In this document: positions 53,671-64,000 of the stretch, piece by piece
Layout: each line of letters starts with the position of its first letter
How positions within the stretch are numbered: the first letter of the stretch is position 1
Assembly (NCBI GenBank): GCA_963676565.1
Contig: OY781089.1
Location: 1,856,001-1,920,000 of the forward strand
From: Halarcobacter sp.
GTDB lineage: Bacteria > Campylobacterota > Campylobacteria > Campylobacterales > Arcobacteraceae
Length of the DNA stretch: 64,000 nt
Direction of reading: 5' to 3'
Translations under genes and position numbers: made by a program
The notes under the pieces: generated by a model
What the model saw: only the letters and a program-made list of their open reading frames with translations
What the model was told of the DNA's origin: nothing
The model's database searches: none

Positions 53671-56600
53671 ATGGCAATTGCAAGAATTACAGATATTAGA
53701 GGTCTTGTTTCATTGGAAAATGGAAGTTCAGAAGAAATATTAAAAAACAAAGATGTAATATCAGAACATGGTGGTTTACTAACAATTACAGAGTTTGCAA
53801 ATATTGTTTTTGATGATGGAAGAGAAGTTGAAGTAACTGGTCCTGTAACTTTCAATTTAGATTCAAGCTTCTTTAATGAAATCACATTTGAAGATTCAAT
53901 AACCCAAATAAGTGATTTTGCTAGTTTAGATTATATAAATAATGAATTAGACGAAAATATAGTTGAACCTCAAACAGAAGATTCTACTTTAGAACAAAAT
54001 AATGCAGCTATTAATATTCAAACAGAACAAATAGATACACAATTAAATAATCAAAACACTGAATTAGTAGAAGAAAATGATTCAGAATTTACACAAACTC
54101 AAACTACTATTGAATTTGAAGACAATAATGAAGAAGAACCTGTATTAGATAATGAGACTAATGAAGTTCCAATTGCCAATTCAGAAGTTAACGAATTAAA
54201 TGAAGACACAATTATAAATGGGCAGATTGATTTCTTTGACCCTGATGGAACAGCAACAGTATCAGTAGATGGAGATATCCCAACAGGATTAACATTAAAT
54301 CCAGATGGAACATATGAGTTCGATGCAAGTAGCTATGATAGTTTGACAGAGGGTGAAAGACAAGTAATAGAAGTACCATTAACAGTTACTGATAATAATG
54401 GTGCAACAACAAATACAACATTAACAATCACTGTAACTGGTACAAATGATGCCGCAACAGTAAGTAGCGCAACAGCAAACTTAATAGAAACAGATACAGC
54501 ACTAACTACAAGTGGAACATTAACAAGTACAGATGTGGATAATGCAGATAATACCTTTATAGCAAATACAATAGTAGGTGCAAATGGAACATTTACTATA
54601 GATGAAAATGGAAACTGGGATTTTACAGCAAACTCAGCATTTAATGAGTTAAATACTGGAAGTACTTTAAGTGAAACATTTACAGTATCAAGTATAGATG
54701 GTACTGAATCAACAGTAACAGTAAATATAGCTGGAACAAATGATGCTATGACTGGCTTTGAGATGAATGAAGTTAATAACTTCACTGAAGATTCAACATC
54801 TGCAGGAGATACAGTAACAACAGTAAAAACTGCACCAAGTGATGAAGATGGTGGAGATATCACATACTCAATTTCAGATACAACAAACTATGCAATTAAT
54901 GAAACAACAGGTGAAGTTACACTTACAGAAGCAGGAGCTAATTTAGTTAACTCTGGACAAGAGTTACCAGCATTTAATGTAACAGCAACAAGTGCAGGAG
55001 TAGATGGTTCAAGCCAAACAGTACAAAACTTAGATCCAGCAGTTACAACAGTAAATGATGCTATGACTGGCTTTGAGATGAATGAAGTTAATAACTTCAC
55101 TGAAGATTCAACATCTGCAGGAGATACAGTAACAACAGTAAAAACTGCACCAAGTGATGAAGATGGTGGAGATATCACATACTCAATTTCAGATACAACA
55201 AACTATGCAATTAATGAAACAACAGGTGAAGTTACACTTACAGAAGCAGGAGCTAATTTAGTTAACTCTGGACAAGAGTTACCAGCATTTAATGTAACAG
55301 CAACAAGTGCAGGAGTAGATGGTTCAAGCCAAACAGTACAAAACTTAGATCCAGCAGTTACAACAGTAAATGATGCTATGACTGGCTTTGAGATGAATGA
55401 AGTTAATAACTTCACTGAAGATTCAACATCTGCAGGAGATACAGTAACAACAGTAAAAACTGCACCAAGTGATGAAGATGGTGGAGATATCACATACTCA
55501 ATTTCAGATACAACAAACTATGCAATTAATGAAACAACAGGTGAAGTTACACTTACAGAAGCAGGAGCTAATTTAGTTAACTCTGGACAAGAGTTACCAG
55601 CATTTAATGTAACAGCAACAAGTGCAGGAGTAGATGGTTCAAGCCAAACAGTACAAAACTTAGATCCAGCAGTTACAACAGTAAATGATGCTATGACTGG
55701 CTTTGAGATGAATGAAGTTAATAACTTCACTGAAGATTCAACATCTGCAGGAGATACAGTAACAACAGTAAAAACTGCACCAAGTGATGAAGATGGTGGA
55801 GATATCACATACTCAATTTCAGATACAACAAACTATGCAATTAATGAAACAACAGGTGAAGTTACACTTACAGAAGCAGGAGCTAATTTAGTTAACTCTG
55901 GACAAGAGTTACCAGCATTTAATGTAACAGCAACAAGTGCAGGAGTAGATGGTTCAAGCCAAACAGTACAAAACTTAGATCCAGCAGTTACAACAGTAAA
56001 TGATGCTATGACTGGATTTGAGATGAATGAAGTTAATAACTTCACTGAAGATTCAACATCTGCAGGAGATACAGTAACAACAGTAAAAACTGCACCAAGT
56101 GATGAAGATGGTGGAGATATCACATACTCAATTTCAGATACAACAAACTATGCAATTAATGAAACAACAGGTGAAGTTACACTTACAGAAGCAGGAGCTA
56201 ATTTAGTTAACTCTGGACAAGAGTTACCAGCATTTAATGTAACAGCAACAAGTGCAGGAGTAGATGGTTCAAGCCAAACAGTACAAAACTTAGATCCAGC
56301 AGTTACAACAGTAAATGATGCTATGACTGGCTTTGAGATGAATGAAGTTAATAACTTCACTGAAGATTCAACATCTGCAGGAGATACAGTAACAACAGTA
56401 AAAACTGCACCAAGTGATGAAGATGGTGGAGATATCACATACTCAATTTCAGATACAACAAACTATGCAATTAATGAAACAACAGGTGAAGTTACACTTA
56501 CAGAAGCAGGAGCTAATTTAGTTAACTCTGGACAAGAGTTACCAGCATTTAATGTAACAGCAACAAGTGCAGGAGTAGATGGTTCAAGCCAAACAGTACA

Positions 56601-59600
56601 AAACTTAGATCCAGCAGTTACAACAGTAAATGATGCTATGACTGGCTTTGAGATGAATGAAGTTAATAACTTCACTGAAGATTCAACATCTGCAGGAGAT
56701 ACAGTAACAACAGTAAAAACTGCACCAAGTGATGAAGATGGTGGAGATATCACATACTCAATTTCAGATACAACAAACTATGCAATTAATGAAACAACAG
56801 GTGAAGTTACACTTACAGAAGCAGGAGCTAATTTAGTTAACTCTGGACAAGAGTTACCAGCATTTAATGTAACAGCAACAAGTGCAGGAGTAGATGGTTC
56901 AAGCCAAACAGTACAAAACTTAGATCCAGCAGTTACAACAGTAAATGATGCTATGACTGGCTTTGAGATGAATGAAGTTAATAACTTCACTGAAGATTCA
57001 ACATCTGCAGGAGATACAGTAACAACAGTAAAAACTGCACCAAGTGATGAAGATGGTGGAGATATCACATACTCAATTTCAGATACAACAAACTATGCAA
57101 TTAATGAAACAACAGGTGAAGTTACACTTACAGAAGCAGGAGCTAATTTAGTTAACTCTGGACAAGAGTTACCAGCATTTAATGTAACAGCAACAAGTGC
57201 AGGAGTAGATGGTTCAAGCCAAACAGTACAAAACTTAGATCCAGCAGTTACAACAGTAAATGATGCTATGACTGGATTTGAGATGAATGAAGTTAATAAC
57301 TTCACTGAAGATTCAACATCTGCAGGAGATACAGTAACAACAGTAAAAACTGCACCAAGTGATGAAGATGGTGGAGATATCACATACTCAATTTCAGATA
57401 CAACAAACTATGCAATTAATGAAACAACAGGTGAAGTTACACTTACAGAAGCAGGAGCTAATTTAGTTAACTCTGGACAAGAGTTACCAGCATTTAATGT
57501 AACAGCAACAAGTGCAGGAGTAGATGGTTCAAGCCAAACAGTACAAAACTTAGATCCAGCAGTTACAACAGTAAATGATGCTATGACTGGCTTTGAGATG
57601 AATGAAGTTAATAACTTCACTGAAGATTCAACATCTGCAGGAGATACAGTAACAACAGTAAAAACTGCACCAAGTGATGAAGATGGTGGAGATATCACAT
57701 ACTCAATTTCAGATACAACAAACTATGCAATTAATGAAACAACAGGTGAAGTTACACTTACAGAAGCAGGAGCTAATTTAGTTAACTCTGGACAAGAGTT
57801 ACCAGCATTTAATGTAACAGCAACAAGTGCAGGAGTAGATGGTTCAAGCCAAACAGTACAAAACTTAGATCCAGCAGTTACAACAGTAAATGATGCTATG
57901 ACTGGCTTTGAGATGAATGAAGTTAATAACTTCACTGAAGATTCAACATCTGCAGGAGATACAGTAACAACAGTAAAAACTGCACCAAGTGATGAAGATG
58001 GTGGAGATATCACATACTCAATTTCAGATACAACAAACTATGCAATTAATGAAACAACAGGTGAAGTTACACTTACAGAAGCAGGAGCTAATTTAGTTAA
58101 CTCTGGACAAGAGTTACCAGCATTTAATGTAACAGCAACAAGTGCAGGAGTAGATGGTTCAAGCCAAACAGTACAAAACTTAGATCCAGCAGTTACAACA
58201 GTAAATGATGCTATGACTGGATTTGAGATGAATGAAGTTAATAACTTCACTGAAGATTCAACATCTGCAGGAGATACAGTAACAACAGTAAAAACTGCAC
58301 CAAGTGATGAAGATGGTGGAGATATCACATACTCAATTTCAGATACAACAAACTATGCAATTAATGAAACAACAGGTGAAGTTACACTTACAGAAGCAGG
58401 AGCTAATTTAGTTAACTCTGGACAAGAGTTACCAGCATTTAATGTAACAGCAACAAGTGCAGGAGTAGATGGTTCAAGCCAAACAGTACAAAACTTAGAT
58501 CCAGCAGTTACAACAGTAAATGATGCTATGACTGGATTTGAGATGAATGAAGTTAATAACTTCACTGAAGATTCAACATCTGCAGGAGATACAGTAACAA
58601 CAGTAAAAACTGCACCAAGTGATGAAGATGGTGGAGATATCACATACTCAATTTCAGATACAACAAACTATGCAATTAATGAAACAACAGGTGAAGTTAC
58701 ACTTACAGAAGCAGGAGCTAATTTAGTTAACTCTGGACAAGAGTTACCAGCATTTAATGTAACAGCAACAAGTGCAGGAGTAGATGGTTCAAGCCAAACA
58801 GTACAAAACTTAGATCCAGCAGTTACAACAGTAAATGATGCTATGACTGGCTTTGAGATGAATGAAGTTAATAACTTCACTGAAGATTCAACATCTGCAG
58901 GAGATACAGTAACAACAGTAAAAACTGCACCAAGTGATGAAGATGGTGGAGATATCACATACTCAATTTCAGATACAACAAACTATGCAATTAATGAAAC
59001 AACAGGTGAAGTTACACTTACAGAAGCAGGAGCTAATTTAGTTAACTCTGGACAAGAGTTACCAGCATTTAATGTAACAGCAACAAGTGCAGGAGTAGAT
59101 GGTTCAAGCCAAACAGTACAAAACTTAGATCCAGCAGTTACAACAGTAAATGATGCTATGACTGGCTTTGAGATGAATGAAGTTAATAACTTCACTGAAG
59201 ATTCAACATCTGCAGGAGATACAGTAACAACAGTAAAAACTGCACCAAGTGATGAAGATGGTGGAGATATCACATACTCAATTTCAGATACAACAAACTA
59301 TGCAATTAATGAAACAACAGGTGAAGTTACACTTACAGAAGCAGGAGCTAATTTAGTTAACTCTGGACAAGAGTTACCAGCATTTAATGTAACAGCAACA
59401 AGTGCAGGAGTAGATGGTTCAAGCCAAACAGTACAAAACTTAGATCCAGCAGTTACAACAGTAAATGATGCTATGACTGGCTTTGAGATGAATGAAGTTA
59501 ATAACTTCACTGAAGATTCAACATCTGCAGGAGATACAGTAACAACAGTAAAAACTGCACCAAGTGATGAAGATGGTGGAGATATCACATACTCAATTTC

Positions 59601-62600
59601 AGATACAACAAACTATGCAATTAATGAAACAACAGGTGAAGTTACACTTACAGAAGCAGGAGCTAATTTAGTTAACTCTGGACAAGAGTTACCAGCATTT
59701 AATGTAACAGCAACAAGTGCAGGAGTAGATGGTTCAAGCCAAACAGTACAAAACTTAGATCCAGCAGTTACAACAGTAAATGATGCTATGACTGGCTTTG
59801 AGATGAATGAAGTTAATAACTTCACTGAAGATTCAACATCTGCAGGAGATACAGTAACAACAGTAAAAACTGCACCAAGTGATGAAGATGGTGGAGATAT
59901 CACATACTCAATTTCAGATACAACAAACTATGCAATTAATGAAACAACAGGTGAAGTTACACTTACAGAAGCAGGAGCTAATTTAGTTAACTCTGGACAA
60001 GAGTTACCAGCATTTAATGTAACAGCAACAAGTGCAGGAGTAGATGGTTCAAGCCAAACAGTACAAAACTTAGATCCAGCAGTTACAACAGTAAATGATG
60101 CTATGACTGGCTTTGAGATGAATGAAGTTAATAACTTCACTGAAGATTCAACATCTGCAGGAGATACAGTAACAACAGTAAAAACTGCACCAAGTGATGA
60201 AGATGGTGGAGATATCACATACTCAATTTCAGATACAACAAACTATGCAATTAATGAAACAACAGGTGAAGTTACACTTACAGAAGCAGGAGCTAATTTA
60301 GTTAACTCTGGACAAGAGTTACCAGCATTTAATGTAACAGCAACAAGTGCAGGAGTAGATGGTTCAAGCCAAACAGTACAAAACTTAGATCCAGCAGTTA
60401 CAACAGTAAATGATGCTATGACTGGCTTTGAGATGAATGAAGTTAATAACTTCACTGAAGATTCAACATCTGCAGGAGATACAGTAACAACAGTAAAAAC
60501 TGCACCAAGTGATGAAGATGGTGGAGATATCACATACTCAATTTCAGATACAACAAACTATGCAATTAATGAAACAACAGGTGAAGTTACACTTACAGAA
60601 GCAGGAGCTAATTTAGTTAACTCTGGACAAGAGTTACCAGCATTTAATGTAACAGCAACAAGTGCAGGAGTAGATGGTTCAAGCCAAACAGTACAAAACT
60701 TAGATCCAGCAGTTACAACAGTAAATGATGCTATGACTGGCTTTGAGATGAATGAAGTTAATAACTTCACTGAAGATTCAACATCTGCAGGAGATACAGT
60801 AACAACAGTAAAAACTGCACCAAGTGATGAAGATGGTGGAGATATCACATACTCAATTTCAGATACAACAAACTATGCAATTAATGAAACAACAGGTGAA
60901 GTTACACTTACAGAAGCAGGAGCTAATTTAGTTAACTCTGGACAAGAGTTACCAGCATTTAATGTAACAGCAACAAGTGCAGGAGTAGATGGTTCAAGCC
61001 AAACAGTACAAAACTTAGATCCAGCAGTTACAACAGTAAATGATGCTATGACTGGCTTTGAGATGAATGAAGTTAATAACTTCACTGAAGATTCAACATC
61101 TGCAGGAGATACAGTAACAACAGTAAAAACTGCACCAAGTGATGAAGATGGTGGAGATATCACATACTCAATTTCAGATACAACAAACTATGCAATTAAT
61201 GAAACAACAGGTGAAGTTACACTTACAGAAGCAGGAGCTAATTTAGTTAACTCTGGACAAGAGTTACCAGCATTTAATGTAACAGCAACAAGTGCAGGAG
61301 TAGATGGTTCAAGCCAAACAGTACAAAACTTAGATCCAGCAGTTACAACAGTAAATGATGCTATGACTGGCTTTGAGATGAATGAAGTTAATAACTTCAC
61401 TGAAGATTCAACATCTGCAGGAGATACAGTAACAACAGTAAAAACTGCACCAAGTGATGAAGATGGTGGAGATATCACATACTCAATTTCAGATACAACA
61501 AACTATGCAATTAATGAAACAACAGGTGAAGTTACACTTACAGAAGCAGGAGCTAATTTAGTTAACTCTGGACAAGAGTTACCAGCATTTAATGTAACAG
61601 CAACAAGTGCAGGAGTAGATGGTTCAAGCCAAACAGTACAAAACTTAGATCCAGCAGTTACAACAGTAAATGATGCTATGACTGGCTTTGAGATGAATGA
61701 AGTTAATAACTTCACTGAAGATTCAACATCTGCAGGAGATACAGTAACAACAGTAAAAACTGCACCAAGTGATGAAGATGGTGGAGATATCACATACTCA
61801 ATTTCAGATACAACAAACTATGCAATTAATGAAACAACAGGTGAAGTTACACTTACAGAAGCAGGAGCTAATTTAGTTAACTCTGGACAAGAGTTACCAG
61901 CATTTAATGTAACAGCAACAAGTGCAGGAGTAGATGGTTCAAGCCAAACAGTACAAAACTTAGATCCAGCAGTTACAACAGTAAATGATGCTATGACTGG
62001 CTTTGAGATGAATGAAGTTAATAACTTCACTGAAGATTCAACATCTGCAGGAGATACAGTAACAACAGTAAAAACTGCACCAAGTGATGAAGATGGTGGA
62101 GATATCACATACTCAATTTCAGATACAACAAACTATGCAATTAATGAAACAACAGGTGAAGTTACACTTACAGAAGCAGGAGCTAATTTAGTTAACTCTG
62201 GACAAGAGTTACCAGCATTTAATGTAACAGCAACAAGTGCAGGAGTAGATGGTTCAAGCCAAACAGTACAAAACTTAGATCCAGCAGTTACAACAGTAAA
62301 TGATGCTATGACTGGCTTTGAGATGAATGAAGTTAATAACTTCACTGAAGATTCAACATCTGCAGGAGATACAGTAACAACAGTAAAAACTGCACCAAGT
62401 GATGAAGATGGTGGAGATATCACATACTCAATTTCAGATACAACAAACTATGCAATTAATGAAACAACAGGTGAAGTTACACTTACAGAAGCAGGAGCTA
62501 ATTTAGTTAACTCTGGACAAGAGTTACCAGCATTTAATGTAACAGCAACAAGTGCAGGAGTAGATGGTTCAAGCCAAACAGTACAAAACTTAGATCCAGC

Positions 62601-64000
62601 AGTTACAACAGTAAATGATGCTATGACTGGATTTGAGATGAATGAAGTTAATAACTTCACTGAAGATTCAACATCTGCAGGAGATACAGTAACAACAGTA
62701 AAAACTGCACCAAGTGATGAAGATGGTGGAGATATCACATACTCAATTTCAGATACAACAAACTATGCAATTAATGAAACAACAGGTGAAGTTACACTTA
62801 CAGAAGCAGGAGCTAATTTAGTTAACTCTGGACAAGAGTTACCAGCATTTAATGTAACAGCAACAAGTGCAGGAGTAGATGGTTCAAGCCAAACAGTACA
62901 AAACTTAGATCCAGCAGTTACAACAGTAAATGATGCTATGACTGGCTTTGAGATGAATGAAGTTAATAACTTCACTGAAGATTCAACATCTGCAGGAGAT
63001 ACAGTAACAACAGTAAAAACTGCACCAAGTGATGAAGATGGTGGAGATATCACATACTCAATTTCAGATACAACAAACTATGCAATTAATGAAACAACAG
63101 GTGAAGTTACACTTACAGAAGCAGGAGCTAATTTAGTTAACTCTGGACAAGAGTTACCAGCATTTAATGTAACAGCAACAAGTGCAGGAGTAGATGGTTC
63201 AAGCCAAACAGTACAAAACTTAGATCCAGCAGTTACAACAGTAAATGATGCTATGACTGGCTTTGAGATGAATGAAGTTAATAACTTCACTGAAGATTCA
63301 ACATCTGCAGGAGATACAGTAACAACAGTAAAAACTGCACCAAGTGATGAAGATGGTGGAGATATCACATACTCAATTTCAGATACAACAAACTATGCAA
63401 TTAATGAAACAACAGGTGAAGTTACACTTACAGAAGCAGGAGCTAATTTAGTTAACTCTGGACAAGAGTTACCAGCATTTAATGTAACAGCAACAAGTGC
63501 AGGAGTAGATGGTTCAAGCCAAACAGTACAAAACTTAGATCCAGCAGTTACAACAGTAAATGATGCTATGACTGGCTTTGAGATGAATGAAGTTAATAAC
63601 TTCACTGAAGATTCAACATCTGCAGGAGATACAGTAACAACAGTAAAAACTGCACCAAGTGATGAAGATGGTGGAGATATCACATACTCAATTTCAGATA
63701 CAACAAACTATGCAATTAATGAAACAACAGGTGAAGTTACACTTACAGAAGCAGGAGCTAATTTAGTTAACTCTGGACAAGAGTTACCAGCATTTAATGT
63801 AACAGCAACAAGTGCAGGAGTAGATGGTTCAAGCCAAACAGTACAAAACTTAGATCCAGCAGTTACAACAGTAAATGATGCTATGACTGGATTTGAGATG
63901 AATGAAGTTAATAACTTCACTGAAGATTCAACATCTGCAGGAGATACAGTAACAACAGTAAAAACTGCACCAAGTGATGAAGATGGTGGAGATATCACAT
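53671..64000 (+). CDS. Giant T1SS-secreted LapA-like adhesin, >3440 aa, 3' end outside window
   Basis: ATG after AAGGA, no in-frame stop to window end. Retention-module-like N-terminus, acidic linker, two VCBS/Ig-like domains (GTND junctions), then 105-aa cadherin-like repeats. Confidence 0.93.
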   Translation, partial: MAIARITDIRGLVSLENGSSEEILKNKDVISEHGGLLTITEFANIVFDDGREVEVTGPVTFNLDSSFFNEITFEDSITQISDFASLDYINNELDENIVEPQTEDSTLEQNNAAINIQTEQIDTQLNNQNTELVEENDSEFTQTQTTIEFEDNNEEEPVLDNETNEVPIANSEVNELNEDTIINGQIDFFDPDGTATVSVDGDIPTGLTLNPDGTYEFDASSYDSLTEGERQVIEVPLTVTDNNGATTNTTLTITVTGTNDAATVSSATANLIETDTALTTSGTLTSTDVDNADNTFIANTIVGANGTFTIDENGNWDFTANSAFNELNTGSTLSETFTVSSIDGTESTVTVNIAGTNDAMTGFEMNEVNNFTEDSTSAGDTVTTVKTAPSDEDGGDITYSISDTTNYAINETTGEVTLTEAGANLVNSGQELPAFNVTATSAGVDGSSQTVQNLDPAVTTVNDAMTGFEMNEVNNFTEDSTSAGDTVTTVKTAPSDEDGGDITYSISDTTNYAINETTGEVTLTEAGANLVNSGQELPAFNVTATSAGVDGSSQTVQNLDPAVTTVNDAMTGFEMNEVNNFTEDSTSAGDTVTTVKTAPSDEDGGDITYSISDTTNYAINETTGEVTLTEAGANLVNSGQELPAFNVTATSAGVDGSSQTVQNLDPAVTTVNDAMTGFEMNEVNNFTEDSTSAGDTVTTVKTAPSDEDGGDITYSISDTTNYAINETTGEVTLTEAGANLVNSGQELPAFNVTATSAGVDGSSQTVQNLDPAVTTVNDAMTGFEMNEVNNFTEDSTSAGDTVTTVKTAPSDEDGGDITYSISDTTNYAINETTGEVTLTEAGANLVNSGQELPAFNVTATSAGVDGSSQTVQNLDPAVTTVNDAMTGFEMNEVNNFTEDSTSAGDTVTTVKTAPSDEDGGDITYSISDTTNYAINETTGEVTLTEAGANLVNSGQELPAFNVTATSAGVDGSSQTVQNLDPAVTTVNDAMTGFEMNEVNNFTEDSTSAGDTVTTVKTAPSDEDGGDITYSISDTTNYAINETTGEVTLTEAGANLVNSGQELPAFNVTATSAGVDGSSQTVQNLDPAVTTVNDAMTGFEMNEVNNFTEDSTSAGDTVTTVKTAPSDEDGGDITYSISDTTNYAINETTGEVTLTEAGANLVNSGQELPAFNVTATSAGVDGSSQTVQNLDPAVTTVNDAMTGFEMNEVNNFTEDSTSAGDTVTTVKTAPSDEDGGDITYSISDTTNYAINETTGEVTLTEAGANLVNSGQELPAFNVTATSAGVDGSSQTVQNLDPAVTTVNDAMTGFEMNEVNNFTEDSTSAGDTVTTVKTAPSDEDGGDITYSISDTTNYAINETTGEVTLTEAGANLVNSGQELPAFNVTATSAGVDGSSQTVQNLDPAVTTVNDAMTGFEMNEVNNFTEDSTSAGDTVTTVKTAPSDEDGGDITYSISDTTNYAINETTGEVTLTEAGANLVNSGQELPAFNVTATSAGVDGSSQTVQNLDPAVTTVNDAMTGFEMNEVNNFTEDSTSAGDTVTTVKTAPSDEDGGDITYSISDTTNYAINETTGEVTLTEAGANLVNSGQELPAFNVTATSAGVDGSSQTVQNLDPAVTTVNDAMTGFEMNEVNNFTEDSTSAGDTVTTVKTAPSDEDGGDITYSISDTTNYAINETTGEVTLTEAGANLVNSGQELPAFNVTATSAGVDGSSQTVQNLDPAVTTVNDAMTGFEMNEVNNFTEDSTSAGDTVTTVKTAPSDEDGGDITYSISDTTNYAINETTGEVTLTEAGANLVNSGQELPAFNVTATSAGVDGSSQTVQNLDPAVTTVNDAMTGFEMNEVNNFTEDSTSAGDTVTTVKTAPSDEDGGDITYSISDTTNYAINETTGEVTLTEAGANLVNSGQELPAFNVTATSAGVDGSSQTVQNLDPAVTTVNDAMTGFEMNEVNNFTEDSTSAGDTVTTVKTAPSDEDGGDITYSISDTTNYAINETTGEVTLTEAGANLVNSGQELPAFNVTATSAGVDGSSQTVQNLDPAVTTVNDAMTGFEMNEVNNFTEDSTSAGDTVTTVKTAPSDEDGGDITYSISDTTNYAINETTGEVTLTEAGANLVNSGQELPAFNVTATSAGVDGSSQTVQNLDPAVTTVNDAMTGFEMNEVNNFTEDSTSAGDTVTTVKTAPSDEDGGDITYSISDTTNYAINETTGEVTLTEAGANLVNSGQELPAFNVTATSAGVDGSSQTVQNLDPAVTTVNDAMTGFEMNEVNNFTEDSTSAGDTVTTVKTAPSDEDGGDITYSISDTTNYAINETTGEVTLTEAGANLVNSGQELPAFNVTATSAGVDGSSQTVQNLDPAVTTVNDAMTGFEMNEVNNFTEDSTSAGDTVTTVKTAPSDEDGGDITYSISDTTNYAINETTGEVTLTEAGANLVNSGQELPAFNVTATSAGVDGSSQTVQNLDPAVTTVNDAMTGFEMNEVNNFTEDSTSAGDTVTTVKTAPSDEDGGDITYSISDTTNYAINETTGEVTLTEAGANLVNSGQELPAFNVTATSAGVDGSSQTVQNLDPAVTTVNDAMTGFEMNEVNNFTEDSTSAGDTVTTVKTAPSDEDGGDITYSISDTTNYAINETTGEVTLTEAGANLVNSGQELPAFNVTATSAGVDGSSQTVQNLDPAVTTVNDAMTGFEMNEVNNFTEDSTSAGDTVTTVKTAPSDEDGGDITYSISDTTNYAINETTGEVTLTEAGANLVNSGQELPAFNVTATSAGVDGSSQTVQNLDPAVTTVNDAMTGFEMNEVNNFTEDSTSAGDTVTTVKTAPSDEDGGDITYSISDTTNYAINETTGEVTLTEAGANLVNSGQELPAFNVTATSAGVDGSSQTVQNLDPAVTTVNDAMTGFEMNEVNNFTEDSTSAGDTVTTVKTAPSDEDGGDITYSISDTTNYAINETTGEVTLTEAGANLVNSGQELPAFNVTATSAGVDGSSQTVQNLDPAVTTVNDAMTGFEMNEVNNFTEDSTSAGDTVTTVKTAPSDEDGGDITYSISDTTNYAINETTGEVTLTEAGANLVNSGQELPAFNVTATSAGVDGSSQTVQNLDPAVTTVNDAMTGFEMNEVNNFTEDSTSAGDTVTTVKTAPSDEDGGDITYSISDTTNYAINETTGEVTLTEAGANLVNSGQELPAFNVTATSAGVDGSSQTVQNLDPAVTTVNDAMTGFEMNEVNNFTEDSTSAGDTVTTVKTAPSDEDGGDITYSISDTTNYAINETTGEVTLTEAGANLVNSGQELPAFNVTATSAGVDGSSQTVQNLDPAVTTVNDAMTGFEMNEVNNFTEDSTSAGDTVTTVKTAPSDEDGGDITYSISDTTNYAINETTGEVTLTEAGANLVNSGQELPAFNVTATSAGVDGSSQTVQNLDPAVTTVNDAMTGFEMNEVNNFTEDSTSAGDTVTTVKTAPSDEDGGDIT
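54739..64000 (+). repeat. 315-bp coding tandem repeat: 29 full copies plus a partial 30th
   Basis: Unit NDAMTGFEMNEVNNFTEDSTSAGDTVTTVKTAPSDEDGGDITYSISDTTNYAINETTGEVTLTEAGANLVNSGQELPAFNVTATSAGVDGSSQTVQNLDPAVTTV; only difference seen is a synonymous GGC/GGA. Confidence 0.98.

Noticed and set aside
54333..63998. Thirty minus-strand ORFs beginning MISPPSSSLG (29 of 96 aa, one of 176 aa)
   Set aside because: Antisense shadows of the repeats in the continuous plus-strand adhesin frame; the one variable base is synonymous only on the plus strand
54739..64000. CRISPR array or non-coding satellite
   Set aside because: No unique spacers; the unit is 315 bp, in frame and protein-coding; no cas genes

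Overview
AT-rich chromosomal window from a Campylobacterota bacterium, most likely Arcobacteraceae (inferred from gene order and protein style). 1-5.5 kb is core genome: the end of the alpha ribosomal operon (rpsM, rpsK, rpsD, rpoA, rplQ), then gatA and guaB. About 5.5-38 kb is a mosaic of short accessory genes. It opens with a MITE-like palindromic element and REP-like motifs. It includes a MazEF module between 15-bp direct repeats, three LysE exporters, an ABC-F ATPase with an apparent uORF/attenuator leader, an orphan endolysin-like gene, an MCP, metal-handling genes (DUF4198, HupE/UreJ fusion, two DUF59), two FKBP PPIases and a divergent Ddl-like ligase. 38-46.6 kb is mostly housekeeping (add, metX, xseB, a radC remnant, ThiF/MoeB, carB, TsaC-like). 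46.6-64 kb is an unusual type I secretion (T1SS) locus: an atypical LuxR-type regulator plus an HlyD protein fused to an N-terminal PAS domain, divergent from a TolC with two C-terminal SPOR-like domains and a LapB-like ABC transporter. These are followed by a giant LapA-like adhesin (start 53671, missing from the ORF track, runs off the window) with at least 29.4 near-identical 315-bp cadherin-like repeats. All family assignments come from motif recognition by eye, not database searches.
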